DNA of 64,000 nt, taken from Clostridia bacterium. Its GTDB lineage: Bacteria > Bacillota > Clostridia > CAKSNL01 > HGM11501. How positions within the stretch are numbered: the stretch's first letter is position 1; each line of letters starts with the position of its first letter. Made by a program: the position numbers and the translations under genes. The notes under the pieces are model-generated. The model was not told where the DNA came from. It made no database searches and saw nothing but the letters and a program-made list of their open reading frames with translations. Below, one piece after another: positions 1-10,074 of this stretch. The stretch is taken from assembly GCA_045545475.1 (NCBI GenBank), contig JAZQAZ010000019.1, forward strand, positions 1-64,000, in the 5' to 3' direction.

Positions 1-12
1 TTTCATTCATTA

Positions 13-48
13 ACAAAAAAAGATACCCTTGCGGGTATCTTTTTTTGT
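13..48. terminator. Intrinsic terminator (bidirectional form) downstream of tRNA-Ser
   Basis: Perfect hairpin ACAAAAAAAGATACCC-TTGC-GGGTATCTTTTTTTGT directly abutting the tRNA CCA end. Confidence 0.85.
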
Positions 49-140
49 TGGCGGACAGAGAGGGATTCGAACCCTCGAACGGGTATTAGCCGTTACACGA
101 TTTCCAGTCGTGCGCCTTAGACCAGCTCAGCCATCTGTCC
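49..140 (-). tRNA. tRNA-Ser (anticodon GGA)
   Basis: Reverse complement reads GGACAGATGGCTGAGCTGGTCTAAGGCGCACGACTGGAAATCGTGT...GGTTCGAATCCCTCTCTGTCCGCCA: acceptor stem GGACAGA/TCTGTCC, anticodon loop CT-GGA-AA, long variable arm, TTCGAA T-loop, encoded CCA. Confidence 0.97.
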
Positions 141-152
141 ACAACAAAAAAT

Positions 153-181
153 ATTATAGCATAAGTAATATCTTTTGTCAA
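153..181 (-). promoter_or_regulatory. Sigma-A promoter of tRNA-Ser
   Basis: Minus strand TTGACA-17 bp-TATAAT with an extended -10 TG. Confidence 0.85.
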
Positions 182-217
182 TAGTTTTTTTCTTTAATTT
201 GTATTTTTAGTTTAGAT

Positions 218-1057
218 TTAAAGGGGGTGTATTATTGTTTTTTTTGCTCTGTAATCAGATGGGGTAGAACCGGTTGTCATTTTAAATACCCTAAGAAAAT
301 TCGACATGGAATCAAAGCCGGAATTGAAGCATATTTCCGTGATTGACATATCACTTATTCTGAGTAAAACCTCAGCACATTCGGTTTTTCTCTTGTTAAG
401 GTATTCGCTGTATCCGCATCCGACATGTTTTTTGAAATATTTACTGAAATAATCAGGGCTCTTTCCAATGGCTTCAGCAACCGTTCCTACACTTGGATTA
501 TCACGGAAGTGCAAATCTATATACTGCAGCATCTGTTCAATGTCTGATTGCTTTTTATCTTTTATTTTATGCCCCTGGTTATTGTATTCCTTGATAATAA
601 TTAGGAGAGTGGATTCAATCAGATTTTTTATTAGCTTATTTTTTAATGGCTTATCGTAGTCTTTTACAGAATCGATAACTCGGAAAAGGTTTTCAAGAGA
701 TTTTGTCTTTTCTTCGCTTAAGATTACAGAACGGCTGATTTCTCTTGAAAAAACCTGTGAAGCCATTCCTCCGGGAAGATACTTTTCTTCGAACATAAGG
801 TCCGCCACATCGGTAGAACCATTTACTTCAAAGCTGTGAAAGTCTGCCGGAGAAAGGATTGACACGGTACCCCGCTTTTTTAAGCAGGGCTCCCCGTTTA
901 TATATTCTGTCGTTTCTCCCGATAAGGTGAGCTCTAATTCGTAAAAGGTGTGGGAATGTATTGGAGATATATGACCGGGAGGAAAGTTTTGCCATAAAAG
1001 ACCTATACCGTCGTCATTTATGTGCTTGACATTACCGAGTCTAATGGGAGTGCTCAT
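218..1057 (-). CDS. AraC-family transcriptional regulator (cupin sensor plus double HTH)
   Basis: N-terminal cupin motif HSHTFYEL and C-terminal AraC signature (SITEICFNSGFDSMSNFLRVFK...TPSDYR). Divergent from module 1. Confidence 0.93.
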   Translation of the reverse strand: MSTPIRLGNVKHINDDGIGLLWQNFPPGHISPIHSHTFYELELTLSGETTEYINGEPCLKKRGTVSILSPADFHSFEVNGSTDVADLMFEEKYLPGGMASQVFSREISRSVILSEEKTKSLENLFRVIDSVKDYDKPLKNKLIKNLIESTLLIIIKEYNNQGHKIKDKKQSDIEQMLQYIDLHFRDNPSVGTVAEAIGKSPDYFSKYFKKHVGCGYSEYLNKRKTECAEVLLRISDMSITEICFNSGFDSMSNFLRVFKMTTGSTPSDYRAKKTIIHPL

Positions 1058-1144
1058 ATAATCACCTCACGCTAATTATATATCTTGAAGGTATAAAAAT
1101 CAAGAAAAATTAACAAAAAGTAGTTAAATAACATTAAAATGTCG

Positions 1145-1209
1145 GAATGTTGGCAGAATTGTAACTGAATGTTGATAGACATAGACTATCAGATGTTGTA
1201 TTATATAAT
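1145..1209 (+). promoter_or_regulatory. Promoter of module 1 with tandem direct-repeat operator
   Basis: GAATGTTGgcAGA (1145) and GAATGTTGatAGA (1167), 22 bp period, just upstream of TAGACT...TATAAT (1204-1209). Lies in the intergenic region next to the divergent AraC gene. Confidence 0.55.
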
Positions 1210-1236
1210 CAGATACTTTGAAAGGTGGAGAAATAA

Positions 1237-3909
1237 ATGAAATTTGCTAAAAGTTTTTTGGGAATTCTTCTGGCACTCACATTAATTCCCTGCACGGCGA
1301 TTGCAGCAGATAAAACTTACAGCGTTGAAGAATCTGTATCGCTTGGTAAAAACGTTGCTATTCGAGATGGGAGTGCTGTTTTCGGAATTGAAGAGAGTTT
1401 TATGGTAATTAAAGGCGTAAACATGACCGGTATAAATTCCATTACCGTAGAAGCTCTTTGCGATAAAGTTGGCGGAAACGGAGACCTTATTCTTGTAAGA
1501 CTTGACAGCGAAAAGGGAAAGTGTATCGGAAGAATAGATCTTAATGTGGGAACAGATTTTTCTCAGTTTACAGGTGCTATAGAAAAGACCGAAGGAATTC
1601 ACGATGTGTACTTACAGAGCCTTCTTTCTGCAAATTCCACAAAGATTAAATCGATAACATTTTGTGAAGATGAATATAAGTATAACTATGAGCCTGTTTC
1701 TGCGGACAAGATAATTGATAAGCACGAGACTACCTGGGCTATTACTGATTCCCTTGGCAGAAAAATGGCAGACTACGAAGAAGTCGGCACGCTTAAAGAC
1801 GGTAAAGATGTAGGCATTTTTTATTGGACGTGGCATAAGCTTTCTGGAGAGGCTACCCCTGTTAACAATACGGAGTTTATGAAAAGCCATCCCGATGCAA
1901 AGTATGATTACAATCACCCTTCCTGGCCGAAAGGTAAGGTGGTACACTACTGGAATGAACCTCTCTTTGGTTATTATACCGCTGAAGACTATTGGGTTAT
2001 GAGAAAACATGCCGTTATGCTTGGGAATGCCGGTGTTGATGTTATGTTTTTTGACTGCACAAATGGAAAGGCAACTTTCAGGGCATCATCTGAGGTGCTT
2101 TTTAAAGCACTGCGGGATGCAATGAACGATGGTAATAGGGTTCCAAAAATCGGCTATGTAAGTAATTTTGCATCAACTAATCCCGATGCAAAGTATAATA
2201 TTCTGTCCACATATTTTGGTGCTTATTATAACGGGAAATATTCAGACCTCTGGTATTATCTGGATGGAAAACCGTTAATAATAGCTCATCCGGATCAGCT
2301 TAAGGCAGAGGGAGACGAGGAACTTTCTGCAATCATGGAGGAAGTGAAAAACTTCTTTACGTTCCGACTTCCACAGCCTGACCATACAGAAAAAATTACT
2401 AAGGACAACGAATGGGGTTGGCTCAGAACATACGGAAATACATTTTCCAAGGAACGAGCAGACGGAAGTTTTGAGGCGGCAAATGTCGGTGTCGCTGTAA
2501 ACAGATCTTACGAAACCGGGAAAATTGATGCCATGAATACTCCCTACGTTATGGGAAGAGGATATATGGAAACCTTGGGAGACGATCATTCGGCAGATGC
2601 CCACAAGTATGGCTATTTCTTCAGGGAACAGCTTTCTGCAGCTTTATCAAATGATGTTGATATTATGCTTGTAACAGGATGGAATGAATGGACAGTTGTT
2701 CGTCATATCGAATGGAACACAACTAAAAATGCATTCCCGGATCAGTACGATGATAAGGCGAGTCGTGATATGGAACCTACAAAGGGCGAGCTTAAAGATA
2801 TATATTACTGTCTTTTAATTGATGCTGTAAGGCGTTTTAAGGGGGCTGAGCCATTAAAGGCGGCGAGTGCAGAAGCGACAATTGATATAAATGACCTTAG
2901 TGCATGGAATTGTATAACTGATGAGTATTTCGGCGACAGAGGTACTTATGAAAGAAACAGCGTTGGTCTTGGAAATACAGTATACAAAAACAGTTCAATG
3001 AGAAATAACCCTGTTTATATGAAAGTTGCAAGAGATTCTTCATTTATGTACTTTATGGCAGAGACGGAAAACGCACTTAAGGGCGAAGGCGACGAGGGAT
3101 TTATGAACCTTTACATAAACTCCGACAGACTTTACTATACCGGCTGGGAAGGCTATGATTATGTGCTTTCAAAGGGAAAAGCTTACAGTCTCTCAACAGA
3201 CGGAAGCAAGACGGAAAAGGGAGCATACGAATATAAGGCTATTGATAAAAACCTTGTTATAAAGATAGACAGAGCACTTCTTAATCTTTCCGGAACTCTT
3301 GATTTTGAATTCAAGTGGGTGGATAACTGTAATGCGAAGGACATTCTTGATTTCTATGTAAACGGAAATTCCGCCCCCACGGGACGCTTTAATTATGTAT
3401 ATAAAGAATTGGGTGACAATGCTCCTGCAAATGATGAGAGAGCAGCACTTAAGGGAACTGCGATTGTAAAACCGGGAAGCGCAAAAATGCTTGTTTCGGG
3501 CGGAAAATCAAATCTTTCCGAGACAAATCCTGTGCTTTTGTGTCAAGAGATAAATGGAATGGCTTACATCCCTTATGATGCACTTAATAAAATTTTAGGC
3601 TTTGGACTGACAAAGGTAAAATACGAAGCCTTCTATAATATTTTATTTGTCTACACATCGGATTCTGACGGAAAGACAGTTAAAGAATTTAATTGGGCAG
3701 GCACAATTCTTGGTACTAACGAAGTGAGAGTAAACGGTGTATTAAAGACTCTTACTAATCCGGTAATAGCCAATAACGGTACTGTTTATGTTCCGCTCAC
3801 TTTGCTTTCAGATTGCTTTGGCAAAACCATTACAAAAACTGAAGGCGGACTTTATGTGATAAACGGAGACGGTACTTTGGCGGACAAATATTCCGTATAT
3901 TTTAACTGA
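1237..3909 (+). CDS. Secreted GH99/GH71-like glycoside hydrolase, module 1 enzyme (CBM6-like, TIM barrel, beta-sandwich, stalk domain)
   Basis: Sec signal peptide; CBM6-like N-domain (RLDSEKG...GIHDVY); GIFYWTW, WNEPLFGYY, AGVDVMFFD and TGWNEW...SRDMEP motifs; C-terminal Cu-amine-oxidase N-terminal-like region (NGTVYVPL). Confidence 0.75.
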   Translation: MKFAKSFLGILLALTLIPCTAIAADKTYSVEESVSLGKNVAIRDGSAVFGIEESFMVIKGVNMTGINSITVEALCDKVGGNGDLILVRLDSEKGKCIGRIDLNVGTDFSQFTGAIEKTEGIHDVYLQSLLSANSTKIKSITFCEDEYKYNYEPVSADKIIDKHETTWAITDSLGRKMADYEEVGTLKDGKDVGIFYWTWHKLSGEATPVNNTEFMKSHPDAKYDYNHPSWPKGKVVHYWNEPLFGYYTAEDYWVMRKHAVMLGNAGVDVMFFDCTNGKATFRASSEVLFKALRDAMNDGNRVPKIGYVSNFASTNPDAKYNILSTYFGAYYNGKYSDLWYYLDGKPLIIAHPDQLKAEGDEELSAIMEEVKNFFTFRLPQPDHTEKITKDNEWGWLRTYGNTFSKERADGSFEAANVGVAVNRSYETGKIDAMNTPYVMGRGYMETLGDDHSADAHKYGYFFREQLSAALSNDVDIMLVTGWNEWTVVRHIEWNTTKNAFPDQYDDKASRDMEPTKGELKDIYYCLLIDAVRRFKGAEPLKAASAEATIDINDLSAWNCITDEYFGDRGTYERNSVGLGNTVYKNSSMRNNPVYMKVARDSSFMYFMAETENALKGEGDEGFMNLYINSDRLYYTGWEGYDYVLSKGKAYSLSTDGSKTEKGAYEYKAIDKNLVIKIDRALLNLSGTLDFEFKWVDNCNAKDILDFYVNGNSAPTGRFNYVYKELGDNAPANDERAALKGTAIVKPGSAKMLVSGGKSNLSETNPVLLCQEINGMAYIPYDALNKILGFGLTKVKYEAFYNILFVYTSDSDGKTVKEFNWAGTILGTNEVRVNGVLKTLTNPVIANNGTVYVPLTLLSDCFGKTITKTEGGLYVINGDGTLADKYSVYFN

Positions 3910-3923
3910 GGGAGAGTGAAACG

Positions 3924-6338
3924 ATGAAAAAGATATTTTCTTTAATATTGGCGTTTGCTTTAGCTGTGACATCACTCGTTTTTGCTTCTGCGGATGAACA
4001 AATTGTAATAGAAAGAAGCTCTTCGTGGAAAATTTCTGCAAGTACGGAAATGAATGCGGCGTTTTCCGTTGAAAAGGCTTTTGACGGAAACGATGCTACG
4101 CTCTGGCACTCTCTTTATACCGTAGTTGACGGGGGAGCAGTACCATCTGAAATTCCAAGTTCGATAACAGTTGATTTCGGAAAAGAAGAAACGGTTTCCG
4201 GCTTCACTTATGTGAGAAGAAAAGACAATCCTTCGGGACTTTTTACAAGCTTTGAAGTATTTGCGTCAAGCGACGGAGCAAACTTTACATCCATTTATAC
4301 AGGCACCTTTGATTTCGGTTCCGACAGAAGCGATATGAGCGACAAAACCGCATCCTGGGGCAACAGAAAAATGCGTGCAATAAGAATTCTCTTTACCGGA
4401 AGAGGTGTTGCAACAGCGGCTGAAATCAAGTTTCTCCGTGAGGGAAAAGCGGATAGTAACGTCAAGGAAGAAACAACAACCATTCCTTCGAGCGGAGAAA
4501 CAAAAATCCTTGAAAAGACTTCCGACTGGAAGATTTCTGCAAGTACTGAAATGAATGCAAATCTTTCTGCAGAAAAAGCCTTTGACGGAAACGAAGCAAG
4601 CATATGGCACTCCCTTTATACCGTAGTTGACGGGGGAGCTGTACCGTCCGAAATTCCAAGTTCGATAACAGTTGATTTCGGAAAAGAAGAAACGGTTTCC
4701 GGCTTCACTTATGTGAGAAGAAAAGACAATCCTTCGGGACTTTTTACAAGCTTTGAAGTATTTGCATCAAGCGACGGAGCAAACTTTACATCTATCTATA
4801 CAGGCACCTTTGATTTCGGTTCCGACAGAAGCGATATGAGCGACAAAACCGCATCCTGGGGCAACAGAAAAATGCGTGCAATAAGAATTCTCTTTACCGG
4901 AAGAGGCGTTGCAACAGCGGCTGAAATTAAGTTCATTACTAACAGTGCAGCAATTGAACAGGTACTGCCTGAAGTAAAAAAGGCATCAAACGGAGCATCG
5001 TTACTTGAAAGAAGCACGTGGACTATTACGGCAGATTCCGAAATAAAAAGTGTGCCGATAACCAATGTGCTTGACGGTGATAAAAACACTTTCTGGCATT
5101 CTTTCTACACAGCGACGGGCGGAAGCGTAACAAGTAAGGATGAACCTCCCTTTACAATTGAAATTGACTTAAAGAAAAAGGAAAAAATTTCGGGTATCAT
5201 CTTTACTCCCAGAGACAGCAAAGCGGGTATTATTACGAAGTTCGACCTTTATGCATCCGCTGACGGCGGAGAATACAAAAAGCTTCTTGAGGATAGGGTG
5301 CTTCTTGATAATACCGACGAAAAGGAAGTGCTTTTCAAAAATAACGTAGAGGCAGATAAATTAAAAATTGTTGTTACAGAAGGTACATCAAAGTACGGAA
5401 CCCTTGCTGAGCTTAATGTGGCAGGTGAAAACAAAAACGCACCGACAATAAGCTTTGAAGAGTTCTTCTCGGAGGACAGCTTAGAGCGAATGGTTCCTAT
5501 TGATAAAACCGATATTACAGTTAATTGTGAAGCACCCTTCTGGGCAAGCTTTAAGCCCGGCAATATAATTGACGGAAACACCAATACCTTCTGGCAGACA
5601 GAAGCGGGAAGTGACTTTGTTTTAAGCGTTGATTTTAACAGGGTTGAGAAGTTCGGAGAAATTGAATATATTCCGAGAAACAGCGAAGACTATCACGGCT
5701 TCTGGCTTGATTTTGATATAGCCGTAAGTGTGGACGGAGAAAATTGGGAAACCGTGATAGAGAATTATACCCTTGAAAAAAATCTCGGCGTAAACAAGAT
5801 TAGCCTTGATAAAGAAGTTGAAGCAAGATACGTTGAAATTTTATTTAACGAAACCGTTGAAAGAAGAGTTTCATGTGCAGAGCTTACTTTCTATCAGACT
5901 GTCGCAGCAAAGAAGCAGATGGCTGAGAGAAATAAGGAAAGCTATACTTTAACAATAGGCAGTAACGTAATAGAAGTTTACAAAAACGGTGAAAGCTATA
6001 ATAAAGAGCTTGACGTTGCACCTTATATCGTAAACGGCTCCACACTTATTCCTTTAAGAGGACTCATGGAGGAGATGGGAGCAACAGTCGATTGGGTAGG
6101 TCACAACCAGATGATTTACATAGATAACGGGGTTTATTATATTGAAATGCAGATTTGGAACAAAATCGTTTATGTTGAAAGTCAGAGCTTCGGAAGAGTA
6201 CGGTATGCACTTCTTAATTTCCCGGTTATCAAGGATTCGAGAACCTTTATTCCGGTAAGATTCGTATCCGAACAGCTTGGCTATGATGTTACATGGGTGG
6301 CAGAAGAACAAAAGATTATAATTACAAAAGCAGCGTGA
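3924..6338 (+). CDS. Secreted protein with four F5/8 type C (discoidin/CBM32-like) domains and a stalk domain, module 1 binder
   Basis: Signal peptide; four AFDG/LDG...WHS/WQT...R...AE repeats; C-terminal APYIVNGSTLIPLR...SRTFIPVRFVSEQLGYDVTW stalk motif. Confidence 0.88.
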   Translation: MKKIFSLILAFALAVTSLVFASADEQIVIERSSSWKISASTEMNAAFSVEKAFDGNDATLWHSLYTVVDGGAVPSEIPSSITVDFGKEETVSGFTYVRRKDNPSGLFTSFEVFASSDGANFTSIYTGTFDFGSDRSDMSDKTASWGNRKMRAIRILFTGRGVATAAEIKFLREGKADSNVKEETTTIPSSGETKILEKTSDWKISASTEMNANLSAEKAFDGNEASIWHSLYTVVDGGAVPSEIPSSITVDFGKEETVSGFTYVRRKDNPSGLFTSFEVFASSDGANFTSIYTGTFDFGSDRSDMSDKTASWGNRKMRAIRILFTGRGVATAAEIKFITNSAAIEQVLPEVKKASNGASLLERSTWTITADSEIKSVPITNVLDGDKNTFWHSFYTATGGSVTSKDEPPFTIEIDLKKKEKISGIIFTPRDSKAGIITKFDLYASADGGEYKKLLEDRVLLDNTDEKEVLFKNNVEADKLKIVVTEGTSKYGTLAELNVAGENKNAPTISFEEFFSEDSLERMVPIDKTDITVNCEAPFWASFKPGNIIDGNTNTFWQTEAGSDFVLSVDFNRVEKFGEIEYIPRNSEDYHGFWLDFDIAVSVDGENWETVIENYTLEKNLGVNKISLDKEVEARYVEILFNETVERRVSCAELTFYQTVAAKKQMAERNKESYTLTIGSNVIEVYKNGESYNKELDVAPYIVNGSTLIPLRGLMEEMGATVDWVGHNQMIYIDNGVYYIEMQIWNKIVYVESQSFGRVRYALLNFPVIKDSRTFIPVRFVSEQLGYDVTWVAEEQKIIITKAA
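4026..4933 (+). repeat. Near-identical intragenic tandem duplication of an F5/8C domain
   Basis: About 4026-4432 is repeated at about 4527-4933 (offset 501 bp), nearly base-identical over most of its length. Confidence 0.95.
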
Positions 6339-6351
6339 AAGAAGGATTAAT

Positions 6352-7800
6352 ATGACAAAACCTTTATATAAAAAGAAAAGCTATTGTAACCCCTTGTCAC
6401 TTCCCGAGCTTCCACTCGGGGATAACTACGGTGCGGACCCGCTAAAGTATACAGGAGAGCCTTATCTTGACTTCAGATCAATATCAGACCCCAGCGTACT
6501 TTACTATGATAACAAATGGTTTCTATATCCCAGTTACGGAATGTGCTATGTGTCTGAGGACTTTACAAACTTTAAGCACGTTCGTACGGAGCCTTACAAT
6601 ATCGGTTATTCTCCGTCGGTTATACCTCACAGAGATAAGTTTTTACTTACAGCACATTCAAACGGTCTTTTTATTGGTGATAGCCCTACGGGTCCTTTCA
6701 CTTATGTTGACGATTTTATCAAGGTAGACGGAAGCAAAATTCGTCCCATTGATTCGGCACTTTTCCGAGACGATGACGGAAAAATCTATATCTACTGGTT
6801 TGAGCAGACTATTCCGGATGAGCGTGGACGCTTTATTGCAAGAACAATGGGTGTCGAGCTTGACGGAGATGACCCTAGAAAGTTTAAGACGGAGCCGGTT
6901 TTGATTCATCAGTTTAATCCCAACCACTACTGGGAGAGAGGCGGAGCATATAATCAGAACTATGAAAGCGGCTGGGTTGAAGGTCAGTGGATGATGAAGC
7001 ACAACGGAAGATATTATATGATATATTCTTCTTCCGGCACGGAGTTTCCTAACTATTCCATGGCGGCATACTATTCTGACGAAGGTCCTTTAACCGGCTT
7101 TAAGTGTCAGAAGCACAATCCCATCTGCCGTCACGACCACGGAATTGTAAGCGGTGCAGGACACGGCTGTATTGAACACGGCCCCGACAACACCCTTTGG
7201 GCGTTTTATACGATAACGGCTCCGGCACTTCATCCCTTCGAGAGAAGAATCGGTATGGATCAGGTGTTTGTTGACGAAAACGGTGAGCTTTACTGTAACG
7301 TTACGGATACTCCTCAGCTTGGCTACGGCGAGACGCCTGGAAACAACGATGCGGGACTTCTTCCCGTAAATGCAAGACTGAGGCACAGAGTGAGAGCTTC
7401 AAGCTATGCAAGCGGAAGAAACGGATTTTACGCCATGGACGAAAGCATGCTAACCTGGTGGCAACCTGAAGAAAACGATGACGAGCCATGTCTTTATATG
7501 GATCTTACTGCAGACTATACCTGTGAGGCTATAAGAATAGTATGGCGAGATATAAATATGAATGTAAAAAACGGAATAGTTCCAGGCCCCTATAAGTATG
7601 TTGTGGAACAGCGTCTCATGGTAGGCTCGGGAGAATGGGAGACTGTTCTTGATATGAGCAAAAATGCCGAAGACAGAAACATTGATTATAAGACTTTCCC
7701 ACCAATTTTATGCCGTGAGGTACGCCTTCGTATTACAGAATGGCCCGCTGGAATCACTCCGGGTGTTGTAAGCTTTACGCTTTTCGGAAAGATGAAATAA
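6352..7800 (+). CDS. GH43-family glycoside hydrolase with C-terminal F5/8C domain
   Basis: Five-bladed propeller motifs SDPSV, IDSALFRDDDGKIY, WVEGQW, GAGHG; C-terminal discoidin-like domain; no signal peptide. Confidence 0.85.
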   Translation: MTKPLYKKKSYCNPLSLPELPLGDNYGADPLKYTGEPYLDFRSISDPSVLYYDNKWFLYPSYGMCYVSEDFTNFKHVRTEPYNIGYSPSVIPHRDKFLLTAHSNGLFIGDSPTGPFTYVDDFIKVDGSKIRPIDSALFRDDDGKIYIYWFEQTIPDERGRFIARTMGVELDGDDPRKFKTEPVLIHQFNPNHYWERGGAYNQNYESGWVEGQWMMKHNGRYYMIYSSSGTEFPNYSMAAYYSDEGPLTGFKCQKHNPICRHDHGIVSGAGHGCIEHGPDNTLWAFYTITAPALHPFERRIGMDQVFVDENGELYCNVTDTPQLGYGETPGNNDAGLLPVNARLRHRVRASSYASGRNGFYAMDESMLTWWQPEENDDEPCLYMDLTADYTCEAIRIVWRDINMNVKNGIVPGPYKYVVEQRLMVGSGEWETVLDMSKNAEDRNIDYKTFPPILCREVRLRITEWPAGITPGVVSFTLFGKMK

Positions 7801-7809
7801 GAGGTGGCT

Positions 7810-10014
7810 ATGTTAAAAGATGCAAAATGGATAAAGGCACCTTGCGATATTGATGACGGATGCTTTATATTCAAACGGGAGTTCCCCTTTGATAAAAAAG
7901 TTGAAAAAGCAATTCTTCATGTAACGGCTCTGGGACTTTACAGGGCATACTTAAACGGAAAAGAGCTTAACTTAAGTCTTTTCACTCCGGGATTTACTTC
8001 ATATGATAAAAGAGTTCAGTATCAGGAATACGATGTGACGGAGATAATCGGTCAAAATAACAGTCTTTTAATTGAAGCGGCCGAGGGCTGGGCTGTTGGT
8101 AATATGACGATTCTTCCCGGCAAAAAGCACCGTTATTCGGATCACATCAAGGTGATTTTTTCCCTTGAAGTAACATTTTCCGACGGAAGCAGTGAAGCTA
8201 TAAACTCAGACAGTGAAACTACGGTTACAACAAGTAATGTTATATCTTCATCCATTTATGACGGAGAAAATGTTGATATGACAGCCGAAATAAAGTCTCT
8301 CGGTAATGCTTTAATAACTGAGTATGAAACGAAGCTTGTCCCTGATGAGGGAGAAAGAGTTTCGGAGCACGAAGTATTTTATCCTACAGAGCTTATAATA
8401 ACGCCTAAAGGTGAAAGGGTAATTGACTTCGGTCAAAACCTTGCAGGCTATGTTGAAATTTCCGTTTCCGGGAAAAAGGGAGAGTGCATAACCTTAAGTC
8501 ATGCGGAAATACTTGATTCCGAGGGAAACTTTTACACCGATAATTTAAGAAGTGCAAAGGCCGTAAATACTTATGTGCTGTCGGGCGACGGCAAGGAAGT
8601 GTTTAAGCCTAAATATTCCTGGCAGGGGTTTAGATATATAAGACTTGACGAATATCCATTTGATACGGTGGATTTATCTTGCTTTAAGGCTATTGCGGTT
8701 TATTCTGACATAAGAAGAATTTCTGATTTTTCCTGCGGTAATGAAAAAATCAATCAGCTTTACAGAAATATAATTTGGGGACAGAAGGGGAACTTTCTTG
8801 ACATTCCTACGGATTGTCCGCAGAGAGATGAGCGAATGGGCTGGACGGGAGATGCACAGATTTTCGTCCGTACTGCAGCTATAAATTTCGATGTTGAAAA
8901 GTTTTTCACAAAGTGGCTTTCAGACCTTGCTGAAAATCAATATGAAGACGGTTCGGTTCCGCTTTTTGTGCCCGATTGCAGGTTGGCATTTCCGAAGGAA
9001 AAGGTTTCCTCGGCCTGGGGAGATGCGGCAACAATTTGCCCCTGGGAAATTTATATGGCATACGGCAATAAGGAAATCCTTGAAAGGCAGTTTGACTCTA
9101 TGAAAAAATGGGTGGACTACATAACAAAGGCAACAGAGAAAGAATTTTTATGGTTCGGCGGAAAGCAGATGGGCGATTGGCTTGCTCTTGATACAGAGGA
9201 GTCTAGAAAAAGTAATAATCCCGTTTCCGGAAGAACTCCACGTGAGTTTATTGCATCGGCTTTTTATGCTAAAAGCACTGAAATTTTAGTTAACTCGGGA
9301 AAAATTCTGGGAAAAGATATGTCGGAGTATGAAGTTTTATACAAAAACATAGTTAAAGCCTTTAAGGAAACCTTTATAAAGGACGGATTCCCCGTTGAGG
9401 ATACTCAGACAGCCTATGCTATGGTACTTTACTTCAATCTCTGCGATGATAAGAAAAAGGTAGCAGACGAGCTTTCAAGAATGGTCAGAGCTAACGGGAA
9501 CCGCCTTACAACCGGCTTTGTGGGAACGCCTTATCTTCTTCACGCACTATCTGAAAACGGTGAGGCAGAAACGGCTTACGACCTTCTTTTTCAGGAAGGT
9601 TTTCCGTCCTGGCTCTATTCTGTAAACAGAGGTGCGACAACTATGTGGGAACACTGGGACGGAGTGAAGGAAGACGGAAGCTTTTGGGACAAGGTTATGA
9701 ATTCATATAACCATTACGCCTATGGTGCGGTGGGAGACTGGATATTCGGTGCATCAGCAGGAATCAGGTGCCTTCCTGACGGAGCGGGCTATAAGCATAT
9801 AGAAATAAAACCGTATACAGATAAGCGCATGGGATACGTTAAATATACCATGGAAACCCGTAACGGCAAGCTTTCAAGTCATTGGTATTACGGGTGCGAA
9901 GGCGAAATTCATTTCGACTTTGAAATTCCCGAAAATTCAACGGCAGAGATAATTTTGCCTGACGGAAGAAGTTATAGTGTTAAGGGCGGAAAATACAGCT
10001 TCATATGCAAATAA
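7810..10014 (+). CDS. GH78 alpha-L-rhamnosidase
   Basis: DFGQNLAG, IPTDCPQRDERMGWTGD, GATTMWEHW and SYNHYAYG motifs; no signal peptide. Alternative GTG start at 7804. Confidence 0.93.
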   Translation: MLKDAKWIKAPCDIDDGCFIFKREFPFDKKVEKAILHVTALGLYRAYLNGKELNLSLFTPGFTSYDKRVQYQEYDVTEIIGQNNSLLIEAAEGWAVGNMTILPGKKHRYSDHIKVIFSLEVTFSDGSSEAINSDSETTVTTSNVISSSIYDGENVDMTAEIKSLGNALITEYETKLVPDEGERVSEHEVFYPTELIITPKGERVIDFGQNLAGYVEISVSGKKGECITLSHAEILDSEGNFYTDNLRSAKAVNTYVLSGDGKEVFKPKYSWQGFRYIRLDEYPFDTVDLSCFKAIAVYSDIRRISDFSCGNEKINQLYRNIIWGQKGNFLDIPTDCPQRDERMGWTGDAQIFVRTAAINFDVEKFFTKWLSDLAENQYEDGSVPLFVPDCRLAFPKEKVSSAWGDAATICPWEIYMAYGNKEILERQFDSMKKWVDYITKATEKEFLWFGGKQMGDWLALDTEESRKSNNPVSGRTPREFIASAFYAKSTEILVNSGKILGKDMSEYEVLYKNIVKAFKETFIKDGFPVEDTQTAYAMVLYFNLCDDKKKVADELSRMVRANGNRLTTGFVGTPYLLHALSENGEAETAYDLLFQEGFPSWLYSVNRGATTMWEHWDGVKEDGSFWDKVMNSYNHYAYGAVGDWIFGASAGIRCLPDGAGYKHIEIKPYTDKRMGYVKYTMETRNGKLSSHWYYGCEGEIHFDFEIPENSTAEIILPDGRSYSVKGGKYSFICK

Positions 10015-10074
10015 CGGTTGCGGAATTTTTAAAAGTGTGATATACTGATAAAAAATAACGAAAGGTGATATATT

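Noticed and set aside
1-11. CATTCATT match between the window start and the sigG breakpoint
   Set aside because: Only 8 AT-rich bases with no adjoining sigG sequence; consistent with chance.
49-140. tRNA-Ser as an integration site bounding a genomic island
   Set aside because: No duplicated tRNA 3' end or integrase was seen in the window; the 3' end faces outside the window and is followed directly by its terminator.
4026-4933. Near-identical repeat as a diversity-generating retroelement TR/VR pair
   Set aside because: The differences are not adenine-specific, both copies are in-frame domains, and no reverse transcriptase is encoded.
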